Part shown: piece by piece, positions 52,414-64,000 of the stretch
Layout of the letters: every line of letters starts with the position of its first letter
Position numbering within the stretch: position 1 is the stretch's first letter
Assembly (NCBI RefSeq): GCF_001194135.2
Contig: NC_068987.1
Span: 15,696,920 to 15,760,919 of the forward strand
Source: Octopus bimaculoides
Lineage: Eukaryota
Direction: 5' to 3'
DNA length: 64,000 nt
Position numbers and translations under genes: made by a program
Notes under the pieces: model-generated
The model's database searches: none
What the model saw: the letters and a program-made list of their open reading frames with translations, nothing else
What the model was told of the DNA's origin: nothing

Positions 52414-55400
52414 CTATGTAGTTGCTTGATCTGCTAGAAAGAGCAACCAAATCTCCTTCAAATCACACCAGTTATCTTAAAAGAGGAAAGACACACTAAA
52501 TAATGCAGTTGTGGACACACACAGCCTGACAAAACAAAAAAACATTGTCAAAGCAGGAACAGGTTTGATAATAATTGTGCTGGACCAGGGCAGACCTGGG
52601 ACAAAACAACAAGAATGTGATGTAAATAACATACTTACATTTGGCAATGATACTATCAATGAAACCCATTTGCATACGGAAGAATATGAAGGAATTTGCA
52701 TGGCTAACCTGACAAAATAAACAAGAAAAGGTCAACAGTAAGTTGTATGTCAGCAAAGAACAGAAATAATCTAAAAGTGTCTATCATTATCCTTAATTCT
52801 TTAATAAAGAAAAATAAATGCGCCCTTTTAAAGCCTAGCCAGGCTCATGGGCCCGGTTTCCCGGTTTCAATGGCGTATGTGTTCTCCAGCTGGATGGGAC
52901 GCCAGTCCATCGCAGCGTTACTCATTTTTACCAGCTGAGTGGACTGGAGCAACATGAAATGAAGTGTCTTGCTCAAGAGCACAACGCGTCGCCCAGTCCA
53001 GGAATAGAAAGCACAATCTTGCGATCATGCTGCTGACAACCTAACCACTAAGCCGGGTATAAATACCAAATCTTTACGTGTGGGATGCAAAAAAAGGAAA
53101 AAAATACAAGATGATAATCAATGAAATAGCTTATAACACAAATGTGGTTTATATACACCTGTCCTCTTCACAATTTAGCAGTGTGTCAATAAGCCACACT
53201 CGACCTTAAACTGTTAATGAGGAAAACAAAGAAAATCAACAAGAAAAAAAAAATGACTCGTTGGCTTACCATTTTCTTAAAAGTTGCAATAATGATGTTG
53301 TGCTCTCGTTTATTCCCTTGGTAGAAGGCTACTTCTTCACTGCAACATTAAAACAACAGAGAAATAAATTGTAACACTGAACATTCTGACTCTTTTGTTA
53401 TATTTAACAATTAACCTATCTATGCTAAAGTGGCCTCAAACCTTCTTTAGGCCAAAGCCATTAAATAAATGGATGGTCACAGGTGGAACATATTTGATCA
53501 TGGATTAGCTGAATTAGGACCACCCTGAAGCTGACCAACAACAATTTCTATAAAAATTTATGAACTTTCTGGTCTAGTACCTTCTGTCAAAATTTTTGAA
53601 TGTGTCACCAGCTTCCTGGTAGTCATAGATCCCTTTATTCTAATAGTTTCTTTCCTCAAAAACTGCTGCTCTATGGATTTCACTTCCATCATCTTGTTTT
53701 ATTCTGGTCTGTGCTAGTCAGTCCTTTTAGCTTCCTATCAACTGATATATTTTGAATTTGAAGACCCCCTTCTTTTCCTTCTTTGTAATCCTTTATGCTA
53801 CAGTGGCCTTAGACCTTGTTTTGATAAAAAGTCATTAAAAAAAAAATAACCTCTTTTCAAAGATTTCTTTTTGTACTGAAGTATTTCTTTTCACCTGTTT
53901 GTAAAGCCAAGAATGAAAGACAATCTGACAATATGATATTTATCCCCCACATTCATGGACTTCACCAATAGACAATGTGCAACAAGATAGCTCCAACCAG
54001 CAATTAAATCTGTAGTGTTTACTCAGCACACCAGGAAACTTACTGTTTGCCATGCAAATAGTCACCAGTGCTGAATATAACAGTAAATCTAATAATTCTA
54101 TAATATGGAGCACAGCTTGAAGTCATTGTGAATTAGAACCCTTTAATCAACCTACATTTCCATGACATCACCTATGAAATTTGTCAGCCTTGTTGGCTGT
54201 GCCTAGAGGCAAAGGTATAACCATGTAGTTAAAATGTTTGCTTTGCAAACATGTGGTTTCAGGTTCAGTCCCACAGTGTGGAACCTTGAGCAAATCAAGG
54301 GTCTTCGGCTATAGACCCTGGCTGACAAAAGCCCTGTGAGTGGATTTAGTAAACAAAAACTGAAAGAAGCCTGTAAGCCCATAGTGTATGTGTGTGTATG
54401 CATGTATGTGCATGTGTGTGTACATGTATGTGTGTATGTGCATGCATTGCACATGTGTTGGTGAAAGGTATACATATCAAAGAGCAAAACCAGTTTAGCC
54501 CCAGGTCAACCTCGGTTGAGCAAACCTCTGATCAGATGTATTCCAGCAATGACTACTCTGTTTTATTTTCAGGTGTTATATATTTCTAACAATGCCTGAT
54601 AAAACTGATACAATGTAATTTGCAAGAGAAGCTTCTGGACTCTATTTCACAATAAAAAACATTTTTAAATTAATGTTTTTTTTTTTTGCATACTTTTATT
54701 GGATGAAATAAAATTCCACTGAAAACTCTTGTGCTTTCAAACAAAATCCTACTGTAATGTCTGTTGAAGAATATAAATCTATCATTTGCTAATAGTTATG
54801 ACAGATTTATATCTTAGCAAAACAAGACATTTTGTAAAAAGCTAAGTGAATACAATATTGAAATTACAGCTGAAAATTCAGTTCAGTTTGATTTACTAGT
54901 GTCAACTGGCTGTGTTGCTTTCATGTGGGTGTATGGGTCTATGAACATGTGTATGTCAGGAAGGGGGTACTCAAAGGCTAAACAAGCCAGCCAGCCAGCC
55001 AGCTGTGACATGCTTTATCACAGGTTCGGTTCACACTACACACCTTACTGTAAAGCAGTAATATATATATATTTAAATACATTTTATGTGAATTCATCAT
55101 TATTATTATTATTGTTGTTATCGGGGTACAAAAGGCAGGATTTTTCTTCTTTTTGCCCATACAGAACAAGTTTTCATAATAGCTAAATTAGCATCCAGTC
55201 CATACTTCACTGGAAAGTACCGTATTTTAACGTGTATAAGGAACCCTTTTTTGTCAAAAATTAGGTTAAACAAATACAGGAGTCTTTATACATGAATAGT
55301 ATTATATTCCCTTACAAAACCTTTTTTCCAAATGGGGTTCCCTATACATGAGGCTCCCTTATACATGTTAAAATACGGTAATTTTTCCTTTCTATGAACA

Positions 55401-58400
55401 TCATAAAATTTATCAACTAAATCTACCATGGTATTGGTTTCAAATTTTGGGGAAAGATGTAAGTCGATTATATCAGCCCCAGTGTTTGTCTGGTTCTTAT
55501 TTTATAAACCTCAAAAGGATGAAAGGCAAAGTTAACCTCAGCAGAATTTGAATTCAGAAAGGCGGCGGGCTGGCAGAAACGTTAGCACGCCAGGCGAAGT
55601 GCTTAGCGCAAATTCCACCAAGGTCGACTTTGCCTTTCATCCTTTCGGGGTCGATAAAGTACCAGTTACGCACTGGGGTCGATGTAATCAACTTAATCCC
55701 TTTGTCTGTCCTTGTTTGTCCCCTCTATGTTTAGCCCCTTGTGGGTAATAAAGAAATAAGAATTTGAATTCAGAACACAAAAGTAGATTAAATGCTACTA
55801 AGCATTTTGCCAGGCATGCTAACGACTGCCACTTCACCACCTTAATCTACAGTGATGTTAATAGCCTAAAAGTACTAAAGATATAAGAAAAAAAAGGAAT
55901 AAACAATAACAATTAACATAAAATTTTTGCTGTTTTTTTTTTAAAACATGAAATAACAGGATAAAATACTCTCGGTTTTCAATTACCTGTTAGTGATTAA
56001 CCTGGTGTTTACATATCGATATTCTCCTTCCAGACGCTGCTCTTTCATTGTCAGCTTAGCAACCGGACGGCGTACACTGAAGAGGAAGAAAATAGTAAAA
56101 TAGTTTATATATCAAAGATACAAAGATGCGGAGTTGCAATGAAGAATGGTCTAATGAAAAACATGGCAGCATCTCTCCTTGTAGAGTTAGAAATTCATAG
56201 TCCTTCACAAGACTGCATGCTGTGCCATGATATCTCAGGATATCTCAGAACAAAAATGCTTTACTTGTTTGTAAATATATCTACTGGAAAACATTAAACA
56301 ACTGAGAAGGATATGTATGTGTATGTATGGGAAGTACATATCCTAGGATGGACTGGATGCTTTTTATGTGGTTCCAGTACTAGCAGGGTCACCAAATAAC
56401 TTGCAAGACAAGGAGTGCTGGTGGCACGTAAAAATCACTATTCGAGCATGGTCGATGCCAGTGCAGCCTGACTGGTCCAGTACCAGTGGCACGTAAAAAG
56501 CACCATTCAAGTGTGGCTGATGCCATTACTTCCTGACTTGCCCTCGTGCCAGTGGCACATAAAAAGTACCTACTACACATTTGGAGTGGTTGGCGTTAGG
56601 AAGGGCATCCAGCTGTAGAAACATTGCCAGATCGGATTATAGCCTGGTGCAGCCTTTTGGCTCGCCAATCTTCAATCAAACCGTCCAACCCATGCCAGCA
56701 TAGAAAGCAGACGTTAGACGACGATGATGATGAGGAGGATACATACTTTAAAAATGCAAATATACTTTTTTATATTCAATTATTTAAATACATATAGGTA
56801 TTCAATACTTAACAAGTTTTAACTGGAAAAACTAAATTAAGATTACAGCCCAGTGTAGAAGAGAATTGAAATAATTATAACAATAACACACTAGGCAGTC
56901 ATCATGCAGAGGAGGGGCTCTGTCCAGGAGATACAAAGAATGGCAACTACAGTTTGTCTGTGACCATGACACAGTAAAAGGCTTACTATGAAACATATCA
57001 ACAGAAATCAAAACAAACCCACTAGTCTCAAACAAGGGAGATTCTTTTTTCAGAGACTGATGGAATCCTCTGACCAAAGCCCTTCTTTAGAAGATGGTAA
57101 AATGAAGAAAGAGGGAAAGAATTTGAAAGTTGTTAAGAGGAACAGCAAAGGTCAGGAACACTTGGAAAATAGGGATTATGTCATTGACCTGCTGAGGGAT
57201 GAAGAACAAAGAAAAGAGCTTTGATTGAGTGACTTGTACTTACCGTGTAAGGAGTAAACCAGATATAGCTAGGTACAATAACATTGTTGCTGGACCCTGT
57301 AATAGTAACAGATAGAAAGTAATAAAGTAGTAAATCTATTTAAGTCAGGCTTTAACTTTTTCATTACCATACTTCTAATCATATACTTAATGTATACAAT
57401 TCTTAATTAATTTTGATATAATTGAGATTAGAAGGTTTTAGTTACATAACTGATATTGTTGTTATTAAATCATTGTTTGGAATGTATCTTAACAAAAGAA
57501 TTCTTAAATAAAATTTTGATGACATATTCTAATTTAAATATAGACATTTTATAATGCTAGACTCAATATTAGAACCAACAGTAGTTTCACATAGGCTGGC
57601 CTAAAAAGAATTAAATAGAAATAGTGAAACTACAACTTCTTGAATATTTTGGTTACTAATTACACATGCTCAATCAAATGTTAGATGATAACGAGCTCTT
57701 CTTACCTGAATTCCAATACTATTGGTCAGTTTCAAGCTGTAGATGATTACATCCATAACAGGCTATAAAAGGAAGAAAACATTAAGAATTAACAGATTAG
57801 AAGGAACTCCTTTCATCCTGGCAGTACCAATGTTAGAATAGAATACACCCAATCTATACTATTAAGTGACTGACAACAGGAATGAAACTCCACACATTTA
57901 GTGTTCATTTCCCATGCTGGGGTGGGTTGGATGGCTTGATAGGAACTAGCCAGGCTAAGGGCCACAACGGGTTGCATAGTCTGTTTTGGCTTGGTTTCTA
58001 TGGTTGGATGCCCTTCCTAATGCCAATCACTTTGCAGAGTGTACTGGGTGTTTTTTACATAGCAGAATTACCAATACTTTTTACATGGCACTAGCACTCA
58101 CACCAATGCTTTTTATGTGGCACCTTGGTTTTAGCTCATCATAAAAAAAAGAAGAAAAACAAGCTGCTCCCCACAAAATAAAGCATGACAAATATACCAA
58201 CAAATATCAACATTTTATTCTGTTTATATCTTATAGTTAATATTTAGAGATTTTAGTCTGGGTAGGCAATGCCTGTTCTTGCCATCCTAGAATATGTACC
58301 TCTGATACATATACAGATGTGCATATCCTTCTCAATTCTTTAAATCTCAGTAGATATATTAACAAACAGGTAAAGCTTTTTTTGTAAAACTATTGACAGG

Positions 58401-59340
58401 AAAATACAGAAAGAAAATGTCTGCCTACCTTACTTAAGTTGGAGTACAAATCAGCGACAGAGTTACAAAATTTCTCTACATCTTGAGTGAGGAGTTGATC
58501 AGGGTTTGAAATACGATTATCAAGGTTACTCATCTTGTAAAATGTGAACCCTCTGAAGATAAAGAAAAATACATGTTTCTGAAATTTTTCTTCTTTTTTT
58601 TCTTTTTCTTTTTTGGTTAAATGAAAAGCATTTTAGTTAAGAAACTTGCTTNNNNNNNNNNNNNNNNNNNNNNNNNNNNNNNNNNNNNNNNNNNNNNNNN
58701 NNNNNNNNNNNNNNNNNNNNNNNNNNNNNNNNNNNNNNNNNNNNNNNNNNNNNNNNNNNNNNNNNNNNNNNNNNNNNNNNNNNNNNNNNNNNNNNNNNNN
58801 NNNNNNNNNNNNNNNNNNNNNNNNNNNNNNNNNNNNNNNNNNNNNNNNNNNNNNNNNNNNNNNNNNNNNNNNNNNNNNNNNNNNNNNNNNNNNNNNNNNN
58901 NNNNNNNNNNNNNNNNNNNNNNNNNNNNNNNNNNNNNNNNNNNNNNNNNNNNNNNNNNNNNNNNNNNNNNNNNNNNNNNNNNNNNNNNNNNNNNNNNNNN
59001 NNNNNNNNNNNNNNNNNNNNNNNNNNNNNNNNNNNNNNNNNNNNNNNNNNNNNNNNNNNNNNNNNNNNNNNNNNNNNNNNNNNNNNNNNNNNNNNNNNNN
59101 NNNNNNNNNNNNNNNNNNNNNNNNNNNNNNNNNNNNNNNNNNNNNNNNNNNNNNNNNNNNNNNNNNNNNNNNNNNNNNNNNNGGAAATAGGGTAACAGAG
59201 AAGATTGATTGAAGAATGGATGTTAGAAGATACACTGTGGAGGCAGGCTTCACAGAACCTCAATTCTGCTGAGATGGATGGGTCTTCTCAAAGACAGCAT
59301 ATCACTATTCATCTTAGTCCCCAGTTGTCCCCTTTGAGAT

Positions 59341-59380
<40 letters not shown>

Positions 59381-62300
59381 TATACAATGTGGCCTGTGGT
59401 ATCTCTAAAAAGACAGGATGATCATGATCTTGCCCTTAGATCACAAGTTTGCTCAGAGATGATAGACAGCTAAACAACAAGACCAGTTTAAATAAATTTA
59501 ACTTACTTTAAATATTTCTCATATAGATGGTTTGTCAATCGAACTCTGAAGTGGAGCTTTAGTTTGCTGAGTCCATACTGAGAAGAAAAAGAAGAAAGGT
59601 GAATAGCATACAAATTATATCAGTGGCAAGGAAAAAAAATGCAGAGAAATATAACACTATTTATAACATATAAATATGTTGAATCAAGGTTATTATTTCA
59701 AAGCAAGTTTAACAAAAATGGAACATTAACTAGTGGGGGACTCAATACTGGGTGTAGAATCAAATTTATTGTAAAATTTAAGAGGAGTAAGATATTTAAG
59801 TTTTGTTAAATGGATTATTCAGTCAGTTGATTAAGGTTAATTGAATAATCCATTAGGTAAAACAAAGACCCAATTAACATAAAATCTATAATAAAGTAGT
59901 TGTATACTGTCACATTAAGTTGACAGCATACAACTGCTTTATCGTAACACTGCTGCTTAATTCTCTCTGTGAGATTTATAATTAAATCATTTCTAATATA
60001 TATAATAAAGTATATCATTATTATCATAACATCCACTTTTCCATGCTTGCATGGGTTGGACAGAGCTTATTAAGGCAGACAACATTCCTGTTGCCAACTC
60101 TTGCCCTTTAACCAAGCAAGATAATATTTATCCATGGCCAGACATGTTTTTCTGCATAATATTGGAAATGACTAAGGTGGCAAAGTGGCAGAATTGTTAA
60201 CATGCCAGGTAAAATGCTTAGCAGCATTTCATCTGTCTTTGCATTCTGAGTTCAAATTCTGCCATGGTCAACTTTGCCTTTCATCTTTTTGGGGTTAATA
60301 AGATAAGTACCAATTGAACACTGGGGTGAATATAATCAATTCGTGCCTCCCTCTAAATTGCTGGCTTTGTACCAAAATTTGAAACCAATATTAGAAATGA
60401 CTGATATTCATTTACAGAAATCATATGATATCAAGACAAGGAGAAACAAACATACACACACTCACACATGTGTGACAAACTTCTCTCAGTCAACTAAATC
60501 TACTCATAAAGATCTCATCAGCCACACTTGCCCAAGGTACCATGCATTGGGACTAAACCCAAAATCAGGTGGTTGGGAAGCAAACTTCTTAATAACACAC
60601 CCCTAACCGTCTTCTACTCTCTTTTCACACTTTGCCAAACTTATCCACCCACCCACCTTTCCCAGTCCTCTGCTCCTGTCCTCTCTTATATTCACCTCTG
60701 ATAACTTGGGTGTACAGCCTCAAAACCACTGCCTCTTCACTCTTTTCAGCCAAGACAGCATGTCTTTTCTCTTAGCAAGACACTTGTTCATGTCCCTCTG
60801 TCTTGACAGTAATGCTCATTTGTATTTATCATGTCAAATCAAGACAAGGAGACAGTTAACACACAAACAACATATGACAGGCTTCTTTCTATCTACTAAA
60901 TCAACTCGGGAGACTTTGAAGTAGAAGACACATGCCCAAGGTGCCACATAGTGGGACTGAACCCAAAAACATATGGACAGGAAGCAAACTTCTTAACCAC
61001 CCAGCAATGCTTGCACATATATGCCTGTATGTTTTTGAAATATACAATAACATATAAAAATCCTTTCCCTTACAAAATCAACATTACTGTCGCTTGTCTG
61101 AGAAATGACCCTGCCAAGGTGGGGTAGCTACTGCTGTAAGTGTCACTGGCCATTATCCATGGCAACTTTGCGGTCATGTCCACAAGGTATGGCTAATCAG
61201 GCCATTTGGTCTGGGATGTTACAACCTGTTGCTCCCTCCCACCCCATTTTCTACTGCCAAATCCACTCTTATTTTTCTTTTTCCTATTTCCTTAGTGAGG
61301 TAGTTATGGAGTGGGGTCAATAATGTGATCTTTTATAATTTTAATGCGTTTTCTTTCTTTTCTTCTAAAAATATGTTGTTGATAAAAACAAAGTCTTTTA
61401 AAATTCGGTGGTGCAGCTAGAGTGAGCAATGCCCAGGGCAGCCCTTGGTTTTCCCCCCTATACAGATTTATATAGCAGGCCCAAAAGTTCCACCCTCATA
61501 AAAGCATCAACTGAGAGACCAACCCCACCACCTTCCTCTTCCCAGCTATGCTACTGATATATTTTTAACTGTGGTCAAATTTTACACAATAAAAAATAAT
61601 GCAACTTACTTTCAATAAATTATTTGTAGCAGAAACCTGAAAGAAAAAGAGAGAGAAATTTGATTAAAAGAAAAATTTTATTTTATCTGTAAAAAAAATA
61701 TAATACAAATATATTTTCTGTTCTATCAAAAAAACTTTCAAAATACTTAATGAAGTAAGTTTAGACATATTAAAAGGAAACATCCTTGATAACTAATTAA
61801 TCTCCAAACTAAATCAGATTAAAATTACTTCCAACTATTTGGAAAGATCTGGAAATTTGAACTTTTGAATAGATTACTAGTTTATAGATGAAAGACTTTT
61901 ACTGTGTTAAAAACCACTTTAATCCTTTAGCATTTAAACCGGCCATATCCGGCCAAAAGTATTCTGCCTATTCTATGTTCAAACTGACCAGATCTAGTCT
62001 TTCACACCAACCCTACAATAACATTTTAAAAATTAACAGCTACCTCATCAAAATCTCATAGCTACAAGATAATGCATGATTAGTTCAAAACAATGTGAAT
62101 AAAAAAGCATTAATTATGGCAGAATAATGTGAACACTAAAGGGTTAAATTGCAACAAATTTCCAAGATTGAGGTAAGTAGAACAAAATATATAACTTCAT
62201 TTAATTGCCAATCTATCACTGAGTTGATGACTTAATTTTTAACTAAATTCTTTCCCTTCTACCACCACTAGAGTTATCATCATCATCACCCTTTAATATC

Positions 62301-62516
62301 TACTTTTCTATGCTTGCATAGGTGAGATGGAAGTTGTTGAAGTAGATTTTCTATGGATAGATGCTCTTCCAGTTGCAACACTCTCCTATTTCCAAGTAAG
62401 GTAATATTTCACCATGGCTGGACAATTTTTTCTCCAGAAGATTGGAAACAAAAGACATCACTTATATGACAGTTATGCTCATTTACAACTATCACATGAT
62501 ATCAAAACAAAGAGAG

Positions 62517-62550
<34 letters not shown>

Positions 62551-63243
62551 ATGAGGTTAAAGACTTGAGTCAGCCCAAGGCTATAATAGAAGACACTTGC
62601 CCAAGGTGCCACACAGTGGGACTGAACCTGAGACAATATGGTTGAGAAACAAGCTTCATAACTACAGTCACACCTACCAGATAACAAAATTTGTTCACTT
62701 TTTCCAATTACACAGGACATTTCATCTGCTTCATTTCTTTTCCTTCTTGCAATTATCAGTTCTACATACTTCAAATATCTTCTCTCACAATTTCAAACAT
62801 TTTTTTTATTTTAAAGGTAGTAATTACGGTCAGACTGTTCAATGCTCAATCAGATATTCTTTTTTTAAATTAATCAAGTAACCCACAATTCTGAGTTCAA
62901 ATCGTACCCTAGAATTATTTTTGACTTTCACTCATCTGAGCTTAATATAACCACCAGCAATATGCTAGAGTTGATTTAATTTATTAAGTGTCTCTCCCAC
63001 AAAAGATTGATCTGTGCAAACTAAACAATAATCAATACTGGAAATTTAAAAATATAGACAATTGCACTTATTTTCTAAAAGGCTCAAATATACATGGCTC
63101 TAGAATAGTTTTTGTACACAAGAATTAATTCATGAAGCAATCTGTACATGACAATTTAACAAACAATACTCACAGCTGGCATTGCATAAATAAATCGGAA
63201 CAAGTGAATTTTGAAAAGTTCCAAATCTCTACCAATAATGGCA
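41965..63243 (-). CDS. ABCD3: ATP-binding cassette sub-family D member 3 (PMP70), peroxisomal half-transporter, spliced. 21 visible exons plus 1 in a gap; the 5'-most exons lie outside the window
   Basis: Spliced translation includes [43 protein letters not shown] (EAA region), Walker [10 protein letters not shown], Walker [20 protein letters not shown] and the C-terminus EFGS*, which is typical of ABCD3 rather than ABCD1/2/4. All junctions are GT-AG and in phase. Confidence 0.97.
42563..42619 (-). CDS. ABCD3: ABCD3 exon ([19 protein letters not shown])
   Basis: tttcag|CTT...GAG|gtaata; 57 nt. Confidence 0.96.
44023..44127 (-). CDS. ABCD3: ABCD3 exon, Walker B ([35 protein letters not shown])
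   Basis: ctccag|ATG...AAG|gtaact; 105 nt. Confidence 0.97.
44605..44649 (-). CDS. ABCD3: Inferred ABCD3 exon hidden in the N gap (expected DWMDVLSGGEKQRxA, ABC signature)
   Basis: A donor gtaagt (plus-strand acttac, 44599-44604) sits one base from the gap. Flanking exons are both phase 0 and the 15-aa signature segment is otherwise missing. The upper coordinate assumes a 45-nt exon. Confidence 0.75.
45288..45338 (-). CDS. ABCD3: ABCD3 exon ([17 protein letters not shown])
   Basis: tttcag|GTT...AAG|gtttgt; 51 nt. Confidence 0.93.
46373..46486 (-). CDS. ABCD3: ABCD3 exon ([38 protein letters not shown])
   Basis: ttgtag|CGA...AAG|gtaagc; 114 nt. Confidence 0.96.
46572..46637 (-). CDS. ABCD3: ABCD3 exon ([22 protein letters not shown])
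   Basis: ttacag|TTG...CAG|gtaagt; 66 nt. Confidence 0.96.
46771..47028. mobile_element. hAT-family MITE
   Basis: Perfect 16-bp TIR CAGGGGTTTTCAAACT; 8-bp TSD GATTAGTC (46763-46770, 47029-47036). Confidence 0.92.
47213..47290 (-). CDS. ABCD3: ABCD3 exon, Walker A ([26 protein letters not shown])
   Basis: ctctag|GTA...GAA|gtaagt; 78 nt. Confidence 0.97.
47383..47590. mobile_element. Mariner-type MITE remnant
   Basis: Inverted ends GAAAGTTCCTGGCTTT / AAAGCCAGGAACTTTT. Confidence 0.6.
48295..48358 (-). CDS. ABCD3: ABCD3 exon ([21 protein letters not shown])
   Basis: ctccag|G...GAG|gtaagt; 64 nt. Confidence 0.96.
48680..48746 (-). CDS. ABCD3: ABCD3 exon ([22 protein letters not shown])
   Basis: cttcag|GT...AT|gtaagt; 67 nt. 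Confidence 0.93.
49338..49423 (-). CDS. ABCD3: ABCD3 exon ([28 protein letters not shown])
   Basis: aaacag|A...G|gtgagc; 86 nt. Confidence 0.96.
50347..50438 (-). CDS. ABCD3: ABCD3 exon ([31 protein letters not shown])
   Basis: tttcag|GAC...GG|gtaaca; 92 nt. Confidence 0.96.
50699..50815 (+). pseudogene. Short LINE RT fragment
   Basis: Translates [33 protein letters not shown] (typical F.YLG motif). Confidence 0.65.
50889..50986 (-). CDS. ABCD3: ABCD3 exon ([33 protein letters not shown])
   Basis: caacag|AT...GAG|gtgagg; 98 nt. Confidence 0.96.
52639..52708 (-). CDS. ABCD3: ABCD3 exon ([23 protein letters not shown])
   Basis: tgtcag|GTT...T|gtaagt; 70 nt. Confidence 0.96.
52823..53055 (-). 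mobile_element. tRNA-derived SINE of a third family (CORE/Deu-like body)
   Basis: Minus strand reads GGCTTAGTGGTTAGG..CTTGAGCAAGACACTT..GCGATGGACTGGCGTCCCATCCAG; degenerate relative at ~17485-17630. Confidence 0.65.
53270..53339 (-). CDS. ABCD3: ABCD3 exon ([23 protein letters not shown])
   Basis: ttgcag|T...ATG|gtaagc; 70 nt. Confidence 0.96.
55218..55380. mobile_element. Tc1/mariner-superfamily (pogo-like) MITE
   Basis: TA-CCGTATTTTAACGTGTATAAGG...CCTTATACATGTTAAAATACGG-TA; 22-bp TIR with 1 mismatch. Confidence 0.85.
55560..55758 (+). mobile_element. Young SINE inserted into an older antisense copy of the same superfamily
   Basis: 17-bp TSD AGAATTTGAATTCAGAA (55543-55559, 55759-55775); CpGs retained; distinct 3' tail. 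Confidence 0.85.
55987..56076 (-). CDS. ABCD3: ABCD3 exon ([30 protein letters not shown])
   Basis: cttcag|T...AG|gtaatt; 90 nt. Confidence 0.96.
57244..57296 (-). CDS. ABCD3: ABCD3 exon ([18 protein letters not shown])
   Basis: ttacag|GGT...CG|gtaagt; 53 nt. Confidence 0.94.
57706..57762 (-). CDS. ABCD3: ABCD3 exon ([19 protein letters not shown])
   Basis: ttatag|CCT...CAG|gtaaga; 57 nt. Confidence 0.94.
58429..58552 (-). CDS. ABCD3: ABCD3 exon ([41 protein letters not shown])
   Basis: cttcag|A...AAG|gtaggc; 124 nt. Confidence 0.97.
59507..59577 (-). CDS. ABCD3: ABCD3 exon ([24 protein letters not shown])
   Basis: tctcag|TAT...AA|gtaagt; 71 nt. Confidence 0.95.
61610..61636 (-). CDS. ABCD3: ABCD3 27-nt micro-exon (VSATNNLLK)
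   Basis: tttcag|GTT...AAA|gtaagt; required to supply the ISLVNNFLK-equivalent segment. Confidence 0.9.
61919..62147. mobile_element. piggyBac-type MITE (TTAA-flanked)
   Basis: TTAA-TCCTTTAG...CTAAAGGG-TTAA. Confidence 0.75.
63174..63243 (-). CDS. ABCD3: ABCD3 exon ([23 protein letters not shown])
   Basis: ttgcag|T...GCT|gtgagt; 70 nt. Confidence 0.92.
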
Positions 63244-64000
63244 CTGCAAAAGAGTAACAAATAAAAATATTTAGTCAAGAAATAATGAAATCTAGATAAT
63301 GTAATAAAGTAAGGGGATGGAATAGCCAGGGTCAGCTTTGCATGAAGAGAAACTATCTAGTGTGGTAGATAGACAAACAGACAAATCAAACAAGAATTTC
63401 TAGCCATGACCGTGCCATTCATCATCATCATTATCATCATCATCGTTTAACGTCCGCTTTCCATGCTAGTATGGGTTGGACGATTTGACTGAGGACTGGT
63501 GAAACCGGATGGCAACACCAGGCTCCAATCTGATATGGCAGAGTTTCTACAGCTGGATGCCCTTCCTAACACCAACCACTCAGAGAGTGTAGTGGGTGCT
63601 TTTACGTGTCACCCGCATGAAGGCCAGTCAGGTGAAAGCAGTGGGAAGCTCGGTGAGTGAATTGTAACTATTATTACATTGAGAATGGTAAGCAACTATA
63701 TAGAGAGACAGATATATAGATAGATAGATATTTAGGTTTATATAGAGACATACATACACGCATGTAGATAGATACAGAATATATACATATATAGAAGCAT
63801 GTATATACATATACAGATGCATACATACATATATATCCAGCTGTAGAAACTTTGCCAGATCAGATTGGGGCCTAATGCAGCCTTCTGGTTTGCCAGCCCT
63901 CAGTCAAACCATCCAACCCATGCCAGCATGGAAAACAGACATTAAACGACAATGATGATGATGACATACATATATATTTACACACACACACACATATATA

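Noticed and set aside
56988-57224. Charged 78-aa ORF on +
   Set aside because: Antisense within an ABCD3 intron; no splice or homology support
58621-59263. Long ORFs of ~190-208 aa (also 44473-45042)
   Set aside because: Made of N-gap X residues. The 58652-59182 gap lies in an intron where the ABCD3 frame is already continuous.

Overview
AT-rich, repeat-dense metazoan genomic DNA. The SINE/LINE families and microsatellite load look like an octopus (coleoid cephalopod) draft assembly; this is inferred, not searched. There are six N gaps: 5283-5372, 6759-6768, 39134-39247, 44606-45001, 52372-52381 and 58652-59182. Two intron-rich genes converge tail-to-tail. On + is the 3' part of a phosphorylase kinase alpha subunit gene (PHKA1/2-like; exons from 583 to the stop at 35110, ending in the CaaX box CAIS). 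On - is most of a peroxisomal ABC half-transporter gene (ABCD3/PMP70; exons from 63243 down to the stop at 41965). All exons were rebuilt by hand with GT-AG boundaries and consistent phases. One ABCD3 exon (ABC signature) must lie in the 44606-45001 gap, and its donor site is visible at the gap edge. Introns are filled with tRNA-derived SINEs, RTE-type LINE ends, R4/Dong-like RLE retroelement pieces, a mariner fossil and several MITEs. The most notable observations are: (1) a probable unannotated alternative or mutually exclusive PHKA exon (18943-19046) in the multi-phosphorylation region; (2) a young 267-bp TIR element with a 9-bp TSD and telomeric repeats, plus an older element of the same design; (3) two repeats with hammerhead-ribozyme-like core motifs, one combining a tRNA head with terminal inverted repeats. 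No rRNA, true tRNA gene or CRISPR array was seen. Most ORF-track entries are microsatellite artefacts.
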